From assembly GCA_001179505.1 (NCBI GenBank), contig CDMY01000895.1, positions 1 through 12,468 on the forward strand: 12,468 bases of DNA. The letters are read 5' to 3'. The notes under the pieces were generated by a model, which worked only from the letters and a program-made list of their open reading frames with translations, made no database searches and had not been told where the DNA came from. The translations under genes and the position numbers were made by a program. The stretch is from Vitrella brassicaformis CCMP3155. Lineage: Eukaryota; Protista; Chromerida. Shown one piece after another: positions 8,481 to 12,468 of this stretch; position 1 is the stretch's first letter, and each line of letters opens with the position of its first letter.

Positions 8481-8532
8481 CCAGGCGAGGCATCGAATGG
8501 TCGCGACGAAACCGAAACAGGAGAGATCTCGC
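8481..8532. repeat. 52-nt dispersed direct repeat; the other copy is at 5982-6033 inside paralog A
   Basis: ccagg[c/t]gaggcatcgaatggtcgcgacgaaaccgaaacaggagagatctcgc is identical at 51 of 52 nt between the two copies, offset 2499 nt. Confidence 0.95.
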
Positions 8533-8543
8533 GACGTCCACTG

Positions 8544-11313
8544 ATGCCGACTGTCGAGCATTCCCCCCTCTCTATGTTGCGACTCGTCGCGGGCATCTCT
8601 GCTGGCGTCGTGTGCCTCATCGGCCTCGAAGAGCTCATCCGCCGGAAGCGCAAGAAGGCCGCCAATGCGTCATCGACAAAGGATGCCAAGCAGCAGGGTG
8701 CCACCCGACAGGACACACGCCAGATCACGCCAGAGGAGAAGTTGACGCTTCGCCAAGTACCTCGTGTGCCGGTGAGCATTATGGAGGCGTTTCAGGCGAT
8801 GCGGTCGGGCCAGGAAGCGCACCTGTAAGACATACGCACACCCATGCAGGACGCAGAGGCAGCCAGGCATGTGAAGATGGCTCACATGTGAGGTGATCTG
8901 AATGCCCTCCTTTCCCTGTGTGTCTGTCAGGTTCGAGCAGTGGCGTGACGAGATGGATAGCGACTTGTTCTATCTGCAGCTGCCCCTCTGCCAGCGGGCC
9001 TATGTCTGCACGGACCCGTCATGCTGGGATGCGCTTGTCGGACCTGCCGGACTGGACAAGTCGCACCGGTATCACCTGTTTGACCTCTTCGGCGAGGGTG
9101 CCCTGACCAGAACACGGCAGATGATCACGCGCAAGACGAGCGGCGAGCACTGGCATGCCATCAGAAAGGCCCTGAGCCCCGCATTCGCGTAGGCACGCAT
9201 CACACCATGAGACAGACAAAGGATGCGTTGCATTGCATGGCGGCTGCTGGTTCTTTCTTTCTTGTGCTGTTCCCCTTGGTTGGCTCCTTCATTCAGAAAC
9301 AGGACCCTGCTGACCAAAACCCCCATCTACCATCGTGTGCTGGGATCCTTCGTCAAGGCCCTCGATGACGCGGCCGACAAGCACCTAGCCGTCGATATGC
9401 CCAAGTGGGGGCTGCGCTACACCATCGACATGATCGGGGAAGTCGCATTCAAGTACGCACGCACATTGAGGGAGGGGTGACATGACGCAGATCACATCAA
9501 TCACGATAAATGCCATGTATGCATGTCGCGTGTGTCGTGTGTGTTTCTTAGCTATTCGTTCCATGCGTTTGACGCGGAGCGCAATGGTGAGGCATTGGCC
9601 CTCCTGCGCGCCATCGACTTCATATTCCAGGAAGTCTGGAGCACCCTCGTCAACCCATTCCGGTGAGCATGTCCATCCATCCATCCATCCATCCACGCAC
9701 ACCAAATGTAGCGCGGCGCAGCGCCCATCCACGCACACCAAATGCAGCGCGGCGCAGCGCAGCACAATTGACCTCCCTGGTTGTGTGGCCTGTTTGTGTA
9801 TGCAGGCCCTACATGATATGGTGCAGTCAAGTGCGCGAGTACTACCGCTGCATCAGGCTGTTCCGCGACGTCTGCCGCAAAATCTACCAGCAGTTCCTGG
9901 ACACCCCGCCGGACAAACGAGACGTGAGGAAATGAATGCATCTCATGATGGTGTGGTGCAGACACACATGTATGTGTTTGTGTGGGCTGGGTGTACGTGT
10001 GTGTATAATACAATCGATCCATCCATCAGGCCACGTCTGTCATCTACTACATCCACAACGCCCCCTACCCGACTGAGTTTGAGAAGTTGTGCGACATCTA
10101 CAACCTCCTCTGGGCCGGGTATTATGTAACAAGAAACACAACACGCGCATGCTACATGCGTCTGTTTTGTCTGCCGTGCTGGGCATACACGCAGGCACGA
10201 CACGACAGGCTACACCATCGCTTGGGGCGTTTACCACCTCTCGAGCAACCCCCGTGCGCTCAAGAAGCTGCAACAGGTTGGTTCGGTCACGCAACACACA
10301 CGCGATTGTGGCAGACAGACTTGTGTGCCTGCACGTCTCGTCTTGTGTGTGCAGGAGCTGGACGCAGCCACCTTCGAGAATGAGTTTCCCACCTACGAGG
10401 AGCTGGGTCAGCTGCCGTACTTCAACGCCTGCGTCAAGGAGTTCATGCGCATGTAAGAAGAAAAGAAACCGAGATGAAATGAGTCGATCTATCCATCCTA
10501 TCTGATCTCTTGTCTGTTTCTCTTTGTCAGCACGCCCGTCGTGGGCAACGGCGGCCTCCGGCAGACAGAGGGCGGCATCAAGGTGACGTCACGGGGCGTG
10601 GACTACTGGATTCCTGGCGGGTACGAGATCTTCTTCCCGCTCCTGCCGCCTTTCAGAGACGACAGAATGTACGTGTGAGCATGCTGACACATCATGTGTG
10701 CCGTGCTCTGCTCACGCACTCTGTTCATTCTCACGTGCGTGTCTCTGACTGATGGCGGGGCTTAGTTGGGGTGACGGCAAGGTGTTCCGTCCCGAGCGGT
10801 GGCTGGAGGCGAGCGAGGAGCAACTGAAGCTCTACAACAAGGTGTTCCAGCCCTTCAGCGTCGCCCCCAGATCATGGTGAGGCGGGCGTTGCGTCACACA
10901 CGACAGGGCCGCACCACATACATGTGGCCCGCTCGGGTTGCATTGTTTTGCATCCTTTGCCCCTTGCTTGTGTGCCGTGCAGCATTGCCCAACACTTGGC
11001 GTCGATTGAGGTAGCTAACACATCAATGCAATCACGGCAATCTAATCGCGCAGCGACGGAGAGCAGGAATGTATGGTGCGTGTGGTCTCTCTGCTGCGTG
11101 TCTTGTCAGGTTCGCATGACCATGGCGGCGTTGTTCAAGAGGTTCGAGTTCGAGGTCACCACCGAGCCCGACCCATACTACGCAATCACGTACGCACACA
11201 GACAACAGACACTGGTTATTTTCACGCATGCGTGTCTGCCCTCGTCTCTGTGTGTATGTGTGTGCAGGTACAAGCCCCGGGGGCTGATGGTCAAGCCCAT
11301 CAGGCGCACATGA
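8544..11313 (+). CDS. Cytochrome P450 (membrane-anchored, 13 exons, ~531 aa)
   Basis: Exons 8544-8824, 8931-9188, 9297-9452, 9552-9662, 9806-9923, 10030-10118, 10195-10276, 10355-10452, 10531-10668, 10766-10876, 10983-11010, 11110-11189 and 11268-11313 total 1596 nt, in frame, with all introns GT-AG. Motifs: N-terminal TM anchor plus RRKRKK, WHAIR (WxxxR), AGHDTT (I-helix), EFMR (ExxR), FRPERW (PERF), FSVAPRSCIA (heme Cys). The start may be ATG 8574 instead. Family and clan not assigned. Confidence 0.95.
9673..9760. repeat. Intronic (CCAT)n followed by a 2 x 36-nt tandem repeat
   Basis: ccatccacgcacaccaaatg[t/c]agcgcggcgcagcgc occurs at 9689-9724 and 9725-9760 with 1 mismatch, inside P450 intron 4. 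Confidence 0.9.
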
Positions 11314-12140
11314 AGACAACAACGCCGCAAGACACAACCGACAGACGGAAGGGAGGTATTTGCGTGTCCCCAACTGCCGGGATCCTTTTTTTCTCATGGA
11401 GCACCTCGTGCTGCGTCATATTTTTATTTATCGTGTTGTTGCGTGCCGCATTCATGCTATGCATGCACTTTATGTGTCCCTGCACGTGTGGTCAACGGAC
11501 CTGTTTGTGTAGCACTACGAAGGCCTGCCTCTTCGTGTCCTTTTTTCGGCGCATGCGATGGATGGATGGATGGATGGTGTTTTTCGTCCACTTTTTGTTG
11601 TTGCCGCCCGATTGCCTCAGCCTTCCCTCATCCACGTCATGCAAACACGATGAATGTCTTTTTCTTGTCACACTATTTTTCCCCACTGAGAGGGAAAAGC
11701 GGGGGGCTTTTTGTTGACCCGGTGTCTCTTTTTCATTTTTTCCGTGTCCCCGCTGCTCTCACGCGGGGCAGCGGTTTTATAGCGTCCGTAGAGGCGCCAG
11801 TCTTACATCGCGTGCATATATATAATTCCACAACGTCTTTTTGTCAATGAGCCTTTCGTCGTTGCCTGCGGTGCTCTCTCTGTGTAGTTCTTCCGTCCGA
11901 TCATCGATGTGATGTGTTCCTCAGACATAGGAGGGCGCATCGCGTCACACGGGAATGTATGCTATTTGTGTGTGTGCGTATGTATGTACACGTGCATTGG
12001 TCGATCGGGAGTGCCTGGCAAGAAGTACGTAAGTACTGCAGTGGTAGGGTGTGGTGCATACTGTCCATGCAGCCGATGCATGTTGCATGTCGTGTGTTGC
12101 ATGTTCGATGCACAATGACATCCCTTAGACGGAGCACAGA

Positions 12141-12431
12141 CTATACCTGACGTCTGCTGTCTGTTAATCGCGAGCTGACGTGTCGACTGGCGGTGTGGAT
12201 GCTGTGGTTGTCAGTTTGTTGAGGAAACGATGTGTCGGCCCGCAGATGGATAACCTCGGCTATAGCCTGAATATTCCCAGCCCGCACAACGAGGCCGTAG
12301 GGCTCCTTTTGTTCCGTAAAACCTTTGGCAGAGAGGAGAGGGAGAGGGGAGAGAGAGGTACGTGGAGGGAGTGTCAGGATTGCCAGCTTGGCAAGACGAA
12401 CCACTGCGAGCTTGTGAGCTAGGGTAGATTG
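12141..12431 (-). CDS. Probable 3' exons of a gene continuing off the right edge (partial, unknown product)
   Basis: A polypyrimidine tract plus TGCACAG acceptor lies at about 12468-12432, and a 39-nt pyrimidine-rich GT-AG intron at 12361-12323. The spliced frame reads QSTLAHKLAVVRLAKLAILTLPPRFTEQKEPYGLVVRAGNIQAIAEVIHLR... to TAG 12141. Frame and strand are not certain. Confidence 0.35.
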   Translation of the reverse strand, partial: QSTLAHKLAVVRLAKLAILTLPPRTSLSPLPLLSAKGFTEQKEPYGLVVRAGNIQAIAEVIHLRADTSFPQQTDNHSIHTASRHVSSRLTDSRRQV

Positions 12432-12468
12432 CTGTGCAACGGAGAGAGAGAGGAGAAGACAAGGAAAG

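Noticed and set aside
8478-8543. P450 N-terminal extension from TTG 8478, as in the ORF track
   Set aside because: The start is non-AUG, and the extension is simply the reading of the copied 52-nt segment.
9689-9760. 36-nt repeat as a CRISPR repeat
   Set aside because: There are two directly adjacent copies with no spacer, inside a eukaryotic intron.
9482-10129. 215-aa ORF, and the 214-aa ORF at 11073-11717
   Set aside because: These run through P450 introns, exons in the wrong frame and 3' UTR. They are fully explained by the spliced P450 model.

Overview
Intron-rich eukaryotic genomic DNA, not prokaryotic, so the ORF track is mostly exon fragments and microsatellite read-through. Short GT-AG introns often ending in (GT)n-CAG/TAG, GC-rich exons and TLDc and PAN/apple gene content suggest a chromerid alveolate such as Vitrella (inference, not verified). 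Gene models reconstructed by hand, left to right: (1) the 3' part of an unknown + strand gene; (2) a - strand TLDc cluster, made of a diverged TLDc C-terminus beside a 300-N gap and a 5-exon signal-peptide/TLDc/Pro-linker/TLDc gene whose first domain carries two compensating frameshifts; (3) a divergently transcribed 5-exon secreted protein with two PAN/apple-like 6-Cys domains; (4) a compound TG microsatellite; (5) two paralogous - strand multi-pass membrane protein genes of unknown family with conserved intramembrane His/Glu; (6) a complete 13-exon cytochrome P450 (~531 aa) with an atypical FSVAPRSCIA heme motif; (7) a low-confidence gene end at the right edge. No rRNA, tRNA, CRISPR array or recognisable transposon was seen. 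The best leads are the secreted TLDc repeats with variable loops, the His/Glu membrane paralogs head-to-head with the P450, and a 52-nt copied segment in their shared promoter.
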